A stretch of DNA of 62,286 nt, filler included, from Sphacelaria rigidula (Eukaryota), in NCBI GenBank assembly GCA_964200075.2. It is 11 parts of 11 records of this genome, joined end to end, with 100 filler letters (N's around TTAATTAATTAA, not from the genome) between each part and the next. Parts side by side here need not be neighbours in the genome. Positions count along the whole stretch, not along the records: positions 45,374 to 50,944 come from CAXNAA020026226.1; positions 51,045 to 56,615 come from CAXNAA020026227.1; positions 56,716 to 62,286 come from CAXNAA020026228.1; 8 more parts are not named here. The stretch is one strand, 5' to 3'. This document shows, one piece after another, positions 47,553 through 60,500 of the stretch. The notes under the pieces were generated by a model that was not told the origin of the DNA, searched no databases, and saw only the letters and a list, made by a program, of their open reading frames with translations. The first letter of the stretch is position 1, and each line of letters opens with the position of its first letter. Position numbers and translations under genes: made by a program.

Positions 47553-50500
47553 TCTTGACATCTTGAGCCTTCGTCCTCGCCCATTTCCCTGTTTGCAATC
47601 AAATCCTGCTTGTTCGCGTTATGGTGCGCAAGCATATATGTATATATATATATATGGTTCATACAACTTCCTCGTTCATCCATGCGTTTTACGCGTGCAT
47701 GGCCCGCATATACTCTTTGAAAATACCTACAACGGGCGCAAACGATCAAAGAGGGGGAACCACGTCATTCTCCCCACAGTATGATTGATTGATTGATTGT
47801 CGCACTTTAACTGACCCCCCCGGGGTCCAGCCGTGGTCACATGATAGACGTACCGAAGAAAAACGAAGCTCAAACACGCTCTAAGGAAGAAAAAAAGGGA
47901 ACAGAAACAGGATATAGACTCGAATAAACAGTATACGGTACAGGTTCTTCGGCATGCATAGTCCAACATTTGATATTTGATGGTGATTCGGAACACGTTT
48001 TTCCTATAGTAAAAGCACATCACTCATGCCCTGTTAGACTGAGTATAAAGTCAAGGATTTTATCGAGATGGTGCAGGCCGTCAACTGTCAGTACCATCCC
48101 TGTACAGCCATATTGTAACAGTAATCATAACTCAATCAGACGGTAGCATGTAGAAGGACCGAGTCTCGGTATCCAAACGTATCGCAGTACGACGCATGTG
48201 CAGCATGAATCATGAAGCAGGAAAGTTGACTCTATCAAGCAATCGGCTGTCGATGCAAAATACGACAGTTGTTGGACGAGCGCTTGTTTGCACATTCACG
48301 CCAAGGCCAACAAACACTCAGTCAGGACATGAATGCAGCAATACAATATTGTGTGCACAGCGAGTACGGCGGTAGCAAGCAGTAGTACAGGCAGTAGTTC
48401 ACAGTACAGTACAGCGTCTTCAAACTCACAACGACAGGGCGACGTACAGGCACATCTGCGCAGTTTGTAGCGCAGCATTGTTTGTTTCATCCACATGATG
48501 ACGGGGTGTAAAGATTCATCGCTTCAACGTTTTCATTGCTGTGTGCGGAGGATCTGACCTGCCACGGCGTGTAAAGCAAGCATCGCATGGTCTTGTACGT
48601 GGTCGCAGGTGATAGCCCCCCTAGCTTCATGTAACATCATGTTTCCCCGTGTACGCCTTCGTGCGCTTCACTCACCACCTGTTTGGCGGTTTGCCTCTCG
48701 GTTACAACGTGTCAAGGCAAAAGCAAGGTTGGATAGCACAGATCGATGATGCTTGAAACAACGCTTGTCGACTGATACACGTGGCTACTTGAGGCGGGGG
48801 ATTACACTTTGAATACCCGCTACCCTGTAACAGCATCACAATGAATAAAACGGTTGCATGTCGTAAAACGCCACGGTGATATCGCAACTCAACGTGCGGA
48901 GACACAAGCGACTTTTCATCCAGCGGGTCGTACCGAAGTGGAGTATGCATGAACTAAGCATCACAATGCAAAACTCGAAGCATATTATGGCCTCAGCGGC
49001 GTCAAATGTGAACGAGTCCATCGTTACTCCATCCAGCGGCAACGCCTAGAGCTTAAACTTGAAGCAGTGGGGCTGAAATGATATATAAAACCAACCTAGT
49101 TTGCATGCCCCATCCCGTTTCTGCATGTGACTGTAACACGCGGATATCCGCGCCTCTAGTGAAAGTACGTCACTCGCAGCTAAAGTGTCTGGATGCACGA
49201 AAACGATCACGCCCCGGCAACCTTTGAACACCTATAGCACTCTACCGTACGTCTGTAACTTTCGAGAGTGATAGACGTAGCATCCAAGTCATGATGTATG
49301 TCGCTTACAAACATCCATCCTTAATAGCATCATCACTACCAATCGCAACGGTTGTTTCACGACGGAGCTGCAGGAGTATCATTGCGCAGGCTTGGGGTGA
49401 ACAACTTCAAACTTCAAGCCCAGCTGGCGTCGGGAAAACGGAGCGTGTGAAACGGGTACAATGGTTTCACTTCATTTTGAGTTGCAGTGCAAGCTCACGT
49501 GTGGCGAATACAGTAAACAGCAAGCTGAATGTGTGAGGCAGCATAGCGTCGCTCCTTCCAGCTGCATTGCACAACCGAAATCAGGCTTACAGTAGGTATT
49601 GCATCGAAGAATATAGCAAATTGGCGAAGAGAATCATTCAATCCCAGCGTCTACCATGATGTGGTGTATAGAGCAAGCATCAAGTTGTCTCATCTCACCG
49701 CTCCTTGCAGAATCAACTTTCGGACCCTGATCACATTTCGTTTTGTAGTATGTATATTTTCAGCATTGCATGTATCGGTACCCACATTGCACTCGAACAG
49801 AGCGACGAGCATCGGTGCGAACTTCTGTGTAATACACTTCGAGTACAACGGTACAGATCAGTAGTACAGTTTAACACAACACAGTCACGTTATCGTGTGT
49901 CAACCCGGTGTTACACATCACACGTGATCAGCTCGCGAGCAAGCAAGTGCGGGACAACCGACACGCGAGCAGGAAATTATCAGCCTCTCTTATATTGTAA
50001 TTTGTACGGGTGTGCCTACTGCATGGTGAGCGAGAATCTAGCTCCAGTGCGTCGGTTTTGAGCGACATGAGGCAACATCTCACCGCGGCGGGATCAATGT
50101 AGGGTGATAGTCAGAGGGTAACTGGTAGCATTAACGAGTCATCCTACGATAGGGGAGGGGGGAGGTATTTGATTGCACGAAAAAAGAGGCTAATAAGTGT
50201 GTCAGACGACCTGCCGCACTCGCGATGCGCTTGTATTTGGTTCAGAACGGTGTCAATCGGTATGAACGAGCGCTATATATCTACAACAAGCTCATTCGAG
50301 CAATATTTGCTGCTTTCAACAGGGATTTGCCTTAGATTTTTGTGCAAGAAGTGGCGCAAAATACCCCCCTCCCCCCGACGTGGGATGACTCTAACATTAC
50401 ATCATCAAGTCGCAGCAGGTTACACATATATGGGTGTCAACTTGGTTTGCACATTGCGCAAACATTGTCACAACGCCATTATAAACAATGCTTTCGTTAG

Positions 50501-51044
50501 ATTGAGAATCTACGATACGATTGAGAGCAGGCTTTTCATGGCTTTCAGCGGCCGGGTGTGCCTGCATCATTAATGGACAAAACGCTCACCTCGCACATTG
50601 GTGCAAAATCCTGCCGGCAAACCTAACAATGTTTCCGTGAAACTGAGCGTTGAAAGTACGATTGAGAGTGAGGTTTTATTCATAACATGTCTCGCTGCGC
50701 CGGTTCCGACAATGAGACGAAACGGTTACATGTGTAGCATGTTGGAACATTCCTGCCACCCGTTGCCTGAATGCAATGGCAGAATAATGTTGAAAAATGT
50801 TGCACGCTGGCCCACAGATCGCGTTTGTGGAAAAACGTACCGTTCAAGATGTCTCCAAAGTAGTGTGAGTCGTGCGGTTCGAGTAAAAGATACGATTTAG
50901 CCAGGTTGTGCCCGAATTCATTCGCAATTGCAGTTGATGCCACCNNNNNNNNNNNNNNNNNNNNNNNNNNNNNNNNNNNNNNNNNNNNTTAATTAATTAA
51001 NNNNNNNNNNNNNNNNNNNNNNNNNNNNNNNNNNNNNNNNNNNN

Positions 51045-51272
51045 TCATGAGTACACCCGCCCCCCCCACCCGCAAAGCAGCCTCAATACCGTCATGAAGA
51101 AAATGGGCATATTGCGCATGATGGCTGGTTTCAGACTGCATGAAGTGCCCCATATTGATGGGATTAGCAAAATTATCCCAAGCGCGGAAATTTTCAACTG
51201 CTCGGTGTGCTCTCTGCTTTTATCATGTTAAGTACACGTGGATTTTCCCCTCTCAAACCAGCGACTTTCATG
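51045..51272 (-). mobile_element. Module C plus start of the module A head of the G-tract element (contig start)
   Basis: Diverged reverse complement of ~17675-17902 (catg.aaagt.gctggtttgag...cgcttggga...ggcac.tcatg.agtct.aaaccagc.atcatg). Confidence 0.8.
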
Positions 51273-54200
51273 GGGACGTCCCTACAGAACAAGTGTCGCA
51301 CCCATGCAGATAACCCGGGTCATGTATCCAAGCACCGGTCATTGATTATGTGTATACCGGGGATCAAACACAGTGTCTTTGCAGTACATCGCGGTATTAG
51401 TGCTGGTAGATGCAGGTATGTGTCAGGTCCGGGAAGACAGGAAGTGGGTAGATAAACTGGATAATGGGAAATTTTCTTTCGTATTTGTGTGGAGACGCAT
51501 TTTGCGTTAATTAGGTTTTACGGTAGGAAGGGGAATTCAAGCCAACCTAGAGAATTATCGATACACTTTCCACGTCATGCACCATTCTTGCAGCGTTTTC
51601 GGGGCAGATAAGGAAAGAACTGTGGCAACATGCAGATGTTGCGCTGTGTATTTTCTGCAAGGCCTAGGCTTTTGCAACGGTGAACAGCAGGACGGCGCAG
51701 AAAACATGGGGTAATATTTCTGTCGCTGCCGGACCGTAAGCGTTGTGTGAGTGCTGCCCAAGCTCGTTAGGTTCCCCTGATAGCGGTCTGTGTCATATGT
51801 AGTGCTGCATACATGTAATCATGCAGCAGCGAATCGGGCAACAATTAGGAAAGCAAGCAGTCTACCGTGGCCTAGAATGAGCCTGAAACGCACCTCAGAT
51901 CCCGAAACTCTCTCGGTGCAAATGAGCTCGGGTCGGCCCTTGTGAGGCCTGCGGGGCCGCCGTCTCTCCATCCACTCCAGGCAGTACGAATGCACGTGCT
52001 TGTCTAGAGCCTTTGGACATATAAATAAAAGAACAGACATGAGACCAGAACGGATCGAAATTGACTCCGCTGCAACATCTTTACGAGTCACTCGTCGGCT
52101 ATTGGGGCAGATTAGGGGGAGGGGGAGAGGGCGAGATCAGTGGGGGCAAATGAAGGGGAAAACGTAAATTGCGTAATATACTGTACCGCTCGTGGGCAAA
52201 TGGGTCATTTCTGAAGCGAGGCGAGATTCTTCAGAGGGTGTTGTCCATCAACTCGTCCCCATCGACTCATCGCCTTCCGCTACACAATGCATGGCAGGGG
52301 AGGATTGCGCTCGTGCGGTGTATGGGCCTCGCCAAGAATGCCCAAGCTCGGAATTGAGCATGCTCCGATTCCTAATGCAGGCGACGCCGCAGGACGCTTT
52401 CATCCGTACGAAAACGATGAATGGAAGCACAGCTTCATGTTTTCCCTGCTTTAAAACAAAAATATATATATTCCTGCTCGTTGGTATCACGACGTGCCGC
52501 CTTTCACGCTCACAGCAACGTCTACAACAACAGTATATTCCGTGCTTCTTCTTTTCCTCCCCCTAGTATCTGCGCGGCTTCTAAAGAACAAGAAAAGACA
52601 GGATAATGAAGACGGTGGTTTGAATATTTCCCGTTTCTATTGTCCTGGTGTTTTATCGCGCTGACACACTGCACCAGTTGAATTGTTAGCTGGAGGCTCT
52701 CCAAACATTCTCGGTGGCTTCGGCGATTTCAGCCGTGAACCACGCCATGATCAGGACGCCGTTTTTGGACGATGACTTTTCATACTTCGCTATTCTCGAA
52801 CAACTTTCATTATGCCAGTGCACATAACACGCGTGGGGACACACGTACACCCCGTTTGCCGATTTCGATTCTTCATAGGACTAGTACATGAATGACCGTG
52901 TCACGATTCACTGTCTTGTTTTCCATTCCGAATATCGCGGTACATGTACCAAGCTTAACGCTACCCGTATCATGTCAGCGCCATCAGCGCAGCACTCACA
53001 GGAACGACGGGGGGCGCGAGGTTCAACGCCCTCTCCTTCCATCCATCCGCAGGGAGCGGAACCAGACCTGCGGGTCCTGCCGCAATGCCATAATGTATCG
53101 AGGGAACTGGAGGCTGCGTGTTCCATCCCCTGTAGTTTACTTTGTGGTCCTACAGGGGGGGGGGGGGGGTGGGGAAAGGGTGTTGGGGGGGGTGGAGGAG
53201 CAGGTGGGGAAGGACGTGAGTANNNNNNNNNNGTGGGTCCGCGGGTTGGTTGTCGCTTCCGCGAAGATCGTTTGGGGGTCGGTGGGGGGGGGGGGGGGGG
53301 GAGTGTGCAGGGCGTATGTGAGGATATTGGAACAGGAGTTGGAGACCGTGAGCATAATGATTGGTTGATTGTCGCACATTAACTGATCTTCGACGGGGCC
53401 CGCACCCTCAGCTCGAGCATCGAGTGAAGCGCGGGGGGGCACCCGTCCTAACCGGTCGACCATAGACAAGGCATACGTCAACGACAAGGAGTACATCAGC
53501 ACGGGCAGTTACGATGGTGTCAATTCGAAGAGCTTTGGTCCGAACATGAGTTGTCGACCATATTTCACTTGAAAGTTGCGATTTGCTTTGGGGTCGCAAT
53601 ATTGCGGCTTCTGCGTGACTGACAACAAAAGTATTTCCTCGGATAGGGATAAAGGAGGGGGCGGGCAGGGTACACTCCAAGCCCGGTGTTGGCCGGGTAT
53701 ATTCTGGGGCATTAATGAGCAGTGTGGAGCGCTAATTGAGCGCGTCGGAAAGGCGTTTCTTTGCTTTTGTCGGCATAACAGTTGTCGGCGTAAATCTCAT
53801 GGAGTCGGCACTTTTCAAACCTTGCATTTATTCTCTCAGCATTATCATGAGTTCCGCATGTGATGTGTGTACAGTAAAATTATAATTTGTTTCCAGAGCT
53901 GGAAAATTCATGACATATATTGTACGCTGAGAAGAGTTACACTAACAAAAAACGCGATTCCAGGTCTCTCCAATGTTCGCATTTGGATACCCACTACTGT
54001 TGTAACCTGGCGCGTTCTGTTGAATCACCACCCATAACTTAATGATCATCTCGTCGAATCTCGGCATTATTAAGTACTGAAACCAGTACGAGCATCGTAC
54101 ATGTCCACCGTTTTTTTCCGTACGGCCTCCTCACCTGAAGCCGTACACAGCAGGAGCTTGTCGAGCGTTTTTTCTCGGGACCGATAGTAGATCTCAACCT

Positions 54201-55339
54201 AACACTTTTCTTGTTCTTCCCTTGTCTTTCCATTTTGTCACCTCTCTCCAGTTTGTTCATCCTCCATTTCTTCTCCTCATTTCCTTCCTTTTCCTCCTTA
54301 CATTCTCATCCGTCGCCTTTGTAAAGCTTCCTTCAAGGAGTGTCTCCATTTACATACCTCGGGTACAGCTATCTTATGACCATGGCTGAATTTGTAGCGG
54401 GTCAGCGAATACGCGACGACCAATCAATCGATCCACTGATGAAGCAGAGTGCGGCACAACTTCTATAACATCGAATTGCACGCCGCGAAGATTTCTACTT
54501 GGACGTAGGTAAATTCTCAACTAAATACAAGGGTAAGCCGTATATACCCTGTAACACGGAGTCGACAGCACTCGCAAGTTGTTCACTCGTAAAATCCTAC
54601 AGTATCGTACAGCAAAGATTAGCTGGAGGTTCACCTGGAACTCGTGAATCTATCATATACTCTCCTCGGGTCAGGCAACATGGTTATGTCCTTGATATGG
54701 AATACATCTATATTTGTAATCGTTTCGAAACGCCTAACCTGGAAGTGGTAGAACGCGCCCGCTCGACAGCCTTGTCTTCCTCCACTAGCTGCCTTCGTAT
54801 TGACGAATGCTGTTTCACACCACAAGGAAGGATACATGCACCAAAAGACACCAACGACTGAGTTTACAGACCTCTGGAAGTAGAAAGGAAAAACACTGCC
54901 CGAGCCCGGGAATGGAAATAACGTAGATGTATACGAGCACGAGAGATGACACGCATCCAAAAGCGGAACTGTACTGAACGACACTCCCCCTACGCATCGG
55001 GTGCCAGGGCGCTGCGGCGAGAGAAGGCGTGCAATTCAGATATCGAGGAACACTACTCGTAGTGGCCGTAAAAGTATATTTCATAAAAATGGAGGGTACT
55101 ATATGCGTCGTGGCGTTGGCCAATTTTTAGTCGTGCTCACGGAGGGAACAGTTACTATCCACCACCCTCGAGGTTCTTCGTTGGACGGGGACAGTGATCT
55201 TGTCATGTTTTGGGTCTGTTCTCGTTCATAAAGTTGCGCTTTGTCCTTCTGATTTGTCCTTCGGCGATGTTGCCACTTTTGCTTTTACCATGGACTTCCG
55301 AGCTTGTAATTGCCGGGAGGTGAATAGGAGAGGTGGATA

Positions 55340-55488
55340 AGTAGACAGGCAGGCAGGTAGATAGACAGACAGACAGATAGACAGACAGACAGATAGATAG
55401 ACAGACAGACAGACAGACAAATATATAGAGATAGAGAGAGATGCGTGCATATATACGTAGACACATAGATGAATAAACAGATAGATGG
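55340..55488. repeat. (AGAC/AGAT)n compound microsatellite
   Basis: Direct inspection. Confidence 0.9.
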
Positions 55489-57032
55489 AGTTGTTTGGCA
55501 CGTTGCTACCCCCCCCTCCCCCCCTCCCCCCCTCCCTCTTTCGGGATGAATCCGCATCCTCGACGGGTCACCCCCTGTACATTCCCTGCATTGTGTTATC
55601 GCAGATAGAATCAGCCTGCCCGCACTGCCTTGACTCTCGAAAAACGGACGTTTATTTGCTTTATACGTCCTGCCATTTTGAACGACGAAACACATATACG
55701 TTTCACGGAACAAAACACGAATGCATCTGACGGCAACCGAACCCGCATCTTCCGACCTGACTGGTTTTCAGCTCTACTGCTGACACTACCAGGGCGCGGC
55801 GGCTAGATATGCATGTGATTGAACGACCGGCCGAAACAACACGACTCACCCTTGACGTGTGATTCCCGCGTGAAATAGACATTGAATCCTGTGGCACTTT
55901 TCCATGTGTTTTTACCCCAGCTGCTGAGGTGGTGCGAGCAATTGTTCTTGCTTCAATAGTCACCGCATATCCTTCATGTTTTTTCATATTTTTTCCTTTT
56001 CCCGTGCTGTGTCAATGGATCTTGTGCGCCCTCCTTGCCGGAAGCCATGCGGTGGGTTCAATAGTCATTTTCGCTTTTTTTGTGTAGGGCTGGTACTAGA
56101 TCTATGCTGGAGCCTATTCGTTTTTTACCTTCGTGTCGTTCCCTTCCTCTTGTTTCCCCCTCTTGTTTCCCTTCGTGTTCTTAGTTATTTTCAATTTTCT
56201 CTGTTTCTTCCCTCTCTTCGTCTTCGCTTCCCCCGTTCCTCGAGCTTTCCTATAGGGAGTGTTCGCGTTTTAGTTTACGTCGGGGACGCCTACATTGTAA
56301 CCACCACCAGATTCCCATTGGATCGGTTGATGAGCGACAAGCAATCGATCGCTCAAGGTGTATATCATCTATCTGAAAAGATTCACGACATATATTTGCC
56401 GTTCTCCAGATTGCGATGCGTATATAACTCCGATCGTTTTTTGGACATTTTCTTCATTTCCACTCATATTTTTCTGGGTGTTTTTTTTCTTGTCTACTCT
56501 GTTCTTCTCTTCTACCCTTTCTTTTTTCCTTCAATGTTTCGGAGAGTGTTTCCGTTTTGTTTACCTTCGATACGCCTATCTTGTGGATAATGACTATGGC
56601 TGGGTCTTCAAGGGANNNNNNNNNNNNNNNNNNNNNNNNNNNNNNNNNNNNNNNNNNNNTTAATTAATTAANNNNNNNNNNNNNNNNNNNNNNNNNNNNN
56701 NNNNNNNNNNNNNNNCGCCCCCCCCTCCCCTACCTATTATAATATGACTATAGCACGCATGATCATGAGTACACCCCCCTCCCCTACCTGCCTCCCTGCT
56801 GTTTACATTTTTCAATGAACCCAATTTGGTAGAATCCTTAACCCCGTGATTTGGGTGATGATACACTCTGCCCCACGTGACGTAGTTTTTTTGTGGGACA
56901 GAGGAAGCACAGCATTTAGCTGGCCATGCCGAGATGGGCTTCACTATCTAGATGTTAAACGTCCCGTGGCGGCCGCGATGGCCTGCTCGCTCCCGAATTC
57001 GATACGTTTTAGAAAGGGAACCAGATGGAGTC

Positions 57033-57093
57033 TTGCTTGGTTGCTTGGTTGCTTGGTTGCTTGGTTGCTTGGTTGCTTGGTTGCTTGGTTGCT
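57033..57093. repeat. (TTGCTTGG)n octamer tandem repeat, about 7.5 copies
   Basis: Direct inspection. Confidence 0.92.
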
Positions 57094-57704
57094 CGACTGA
57101 TTTTCCCAAAATAATGAAATTCGTTGGACGTGTCGCAAAACGTAGAAAATATGAAAAAAGAAGGAAAAAACAGTTTGAGATAAACTCAAGAAGAAACGAG
57201 AAAAAAAAAAAGGAAAGAGAAGGGAACAAGGAAGAGGAGCGGGAAAATATACATATAATTGATGACGATGATAATCCCGGTAACTTCGCCGCCGACGTAT
57301 TCCTCCCTTTCCCGAGGTCAGTGACCATGTGACTACTCCGGCATGCGAGATCATGATGAGTACACCCCACCTTCCCCGCCCGGAAATCGTGAATGCATCA
57401 GGAAGTGCCAAGAAAAAAACGACTCCATCACGGTCAAAGACAGGTGCCTCGGCAGCTCGCCCTGGAGGTGGCTCTGGAGGTACCGACGTCAAAACGGGCT
57501 TGGGTGGCTCTGCATCTGCAAGGTGAGGCATGCTCCGTTCGGGTGTTCTGGCATGCGGAGTGATCACGACGGAACGGTGAGCGGCGTCACTAGTGAGAGG
57601 GAGACACGACTATCTATCGCCGCAACCATTTGAGTATCCGCGGGTGAACAATTGCGTCTGTCTGGCGAGTCATTTATTTCATCAAGTAGTACAAGAGCAT
57701 GATG

Positions 57705-57905
57705 CTCAAACGGTGTCTCAGCACTTTAGTTTTCAATCGAGATTGTGCGGTGGAAAACAAAAATTTCGGTCTGATAGATGGGCTGTGATTTCAACCATCT
57801 TCAAATTTTTCGACGATGGTTGAAATTACGGCCTAACAGATCGGGGTTTTTGTTGTCCACTGCACAATTTCGATCGAAAACTTATGTGCTAAGACACCGT
57901 CTAAG
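57705..57905. mobile_element. ~200-bp foldback MITE (possibly PIF/Harbinger-type, TWA target)
   Basis: acggtgtctcagcac...ttttcaatcga...tttcaaccatc / gatggttgaaat...tcgatcgaaaa...gtgctaagacaccgt; flanks tca / taa; related arm at ~15110-15155. Confidence 0.8.
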
Positions 57906-58154
57906 TTCGAAATATGAGAGATGCCGACACTCGGTGAGCGTTTCGGAGGGTCATGAAATTAAATACACGTGAGTTCGAGCAATCGTTCACTCTTCGTATA
58001 ATTGGAAACGCTGCGGTGTTATACTTCGATTGCATGATGAAGCGGCTTAGTACTGTATGAACGGGAACAAAAAATGGATGCTATTACACAACAAGAAATA
58101 TTCCCGTAACACGTAATGTGTATGTGTGTATGTGTGTGTGGTTTCAAAATCATA

Positions 58155-58461
58155 ACAATGTTTTCGTGAGATTGAGAGTGGAGGATACGATTGAGAGAGA
58201 GAAGCGGTCAATGAGTGAATGGATCGTTTCAGTTCCGAAATGCACCTAAGCCCCGGTGTTCTTTCTTTAATATATATTAATAGCTTGCCTCTGAAGCCCT
58301 TGGTGTCCCTGAGTAGGATATCGACGTGTAGCTGTAAGCACACGCCAGTGATCCAGGCAAAGAAAAGCACACGCGGAATGAAAAAATGGCCAAGTTAAAC
58401 CGAATGATAAAACACACTCTCATTCAGCACCTTACGACTCTCGATCTCATGAAAACATTGT
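58155..58461. mobile_element. 307-bp MITE with TA TSD; second copy in opposite orientation ~60999-61300; end fragments ~50483 and ~50625
   Basis: TIR acaatgttttcgtgagattgagagt / actctcgatctcatgaaaacattgt; TA at 58153-54 and 58462-63. Confidence 0.85.
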
Positions 58462-59394
58462 TATATGCAATATCTCCATTCCGATGTTGACCTGGTGTGC
58501 TTCCATCGGTTCGGCATTAACGGGGGATTTTTTTCGCCAGACCTTATCAACTTCTTGAGAGAAATTGAATATTTTCCCTGGCTTGTCAAGGGAAACAAAA
58601 TGCTGTAAAAAAAGCGTCAACGCTGGATCTCCGGAGTAAGCTGTATCCAGTCTTGCAGTCATCTTTTGTCTGACCTGGTTAACCCTTAGACAGCGAGAGT
58701 GGGTCATCTGCTGAATCTGCATCAATTTCACTTGAAAAAAAGGATGCGTGATCCAGATGGACTGACCTCGCGGTCTACCGCTTACGAAACCCTCTCTTAC
58801 ACATTTTTCCCGAATAAAGTGGAAACTAACTGTTCCGAAAAATGTCCGAAATTTCGTCTGTGGAAATAAGTCCCGTTAAGGACGACACTTGGAGGTGCGA
58901 ATCGGTCAAAAAGTATATAAATCCGTTTTTTTTTATCAAGTGTCCCGGATCTTCTTCATGACGGGAAAGTCGAGCAAGCCAATCAGATAGCAAGGATCGG
59001 ATGGCAAACGCACACACGCACGCACGCACACATGCACACGCGCACACGCGCACTTTCGTCACGAGATACGGTCAGTCCGCATGAAACCTATCCTTGAGGG
59101 TCTCCGCTACAGCCCCCTCTATCCCTGGGTTGATCGGGAGACCTCATCGAGGGGCCGGCTTTGGCAGCCCAGTTCTCGTTGGCGATGCGTGCGATTCGAG
59201 CGCTATTTTTTGCGTTCGCGTGCTTCAAATCGGACTGCAGAAGGCTGTCGCCTTTTCGAGGAACGTTCCGCGCTCCGCTAGATAAATACACTGGAATATG
59301 ATGGAATATGACCTGTTTTTTTGCAGGTTTTCAGTGCACGCTTTGCATGCACTTCCACGAAAAGAGGCAGCTGATCACTCTTGGGTCCACGGTG

Positions 59395-59507
59395 CACACA
59401 CACCCTGGACAATATATGGTCAATAGTTGCGTTGGACTAAATATGTACTGCGTAGAGTATAGGCATATTGCAACTATTGGCCATATATTGTCATTGTCCA
59501 GAGCGTG
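59395..59507. mobile_element. Foldback MITE of the CACACCCTGGACAA family with 7/8 TSD
   Basis: cacaccctggacaatatatggtcaatagttgc / gcaactattggccatatattgtc...ccagagcgtg; flanks ccacggtg and caacggtg. Confidence 0.75.
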
Positions 59508-60254
59508 CAACGGTGTGCAGGTAGATGGTATGTATCATCTGAACAGGGCTGGTGTCGCCTGGACGCACGCCTTCTCCATGAAAAGTGGTGTATTGTAGTA
59601 TGACATCAAGTGTGTCTACGTGCAGCATCTCCCGAAGAGAAGGGGAACAAAAAGATGAGTTGTCTATGTTCAGAATGGTGTCGTTGAACAGCCCGGGTAT
59701 TTCTTGGAACCCCAAGGTACCCAGACTTGCACCTTCAACCCTAAGTTTTGGCGGACCGTGTGGCCTCGAATCCCGACGGTAGCTTCCTCTTTTCTGCTTT
59801 CCGTCGCCCAAAAACTTGCGATAACTGTGAGGTCGGCGAAAAACAAATTATTACGATGAAAAAGTCGATGGGTTGCGGGAGGGTTGATCCAGCTCTCTAT
59901 ACTGTAGCGAGGTGCATGGCAAGGAGGGGGCAAGGGGTTGGCGACGCGTTCCCCCGTAACCCTGCCGGGTCTCAAATCCGTGGCCAGTGTTATTCCTTTT
60001 CCCATGATATGGGGGTGGTATTATGAGGATTAGGCGTCGAGAGAAGGCGCATCCCGTGTGTAATGATGCCGAAATTTGGAGGGAATATTGGTTGATACCA
60101 CAGCTAGCTCTCAAAGTCACATGTTGAGTGGCGCCACGTGATGACGGCGTGATGTGCGTTGAAACTGTGGATGCCAGCATTATGGTTATATATTTATATT
60201 CAACACATGCTGTCTGATGATCATTGTACGGGGGTACGATATGACTCGGGCACC

Positions 60255-60500
60255 GCGCCCCGGTGGTGTAATGGTCCGACTGTCGCCATCAGGGTGGAGA
60301 GAACGAGGGTTCGATTCCCGNNNNNNNNNNTAAACAAAGTAGTCGACTGGGTTTGTGAGACGTGAGTTGACGCAGTGCGGGAGTGCTGACCCAATCCCCG
60401 AGACCAAAGTGTAAGGCGCGTGCCGGGGGAAAGATGGGATGATCCCTAGAGATCACGGACTCATCCCGAGCAAGGGGAGGGGTTCAAAGTGCGAAAAAAA
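60255..60500 (+). mobile_element. tRNA-derived SINE candidate (interrupted by a 10-N gap), ending in an A-rich tail
   Basis: A box tggtgtaatgg and B box ggttcgattccc at tRNA-like spacing; no complete cloverleaf visible. Confidence 0.6.

Noticed and set aside
48300..50944. Possible decayed transposase or Cys-rich ORF (similarly ~12100-12800 and ~32100-33300)
   Set aside because: No diagnostic motif in the frames I could read; part of it is MITE end fragments; needs BLASTX/HMM search
55976..56590. 204-aa Phe/Leu-rich ORF resembling a membrane protein (similarly 56944-57567)
   Set aside because: Translation of pyrimidine-rich tracts and repeat tails, not a gene
5573..56715. Near-perfect 5671/5672-bp periodicity of the palindrome TTAATTAATTAA
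   Set aside because: Assembly linker between length-sorted contigs; genes on different segments must not be read as neighbours
60255..60320. Functional tRNA gene (also ~3752-3825 and ~19865-19930)
   Set aside because: Only A/B boxes are evident; no consistent acceptor and anticodon stems; better explained as SINE heads
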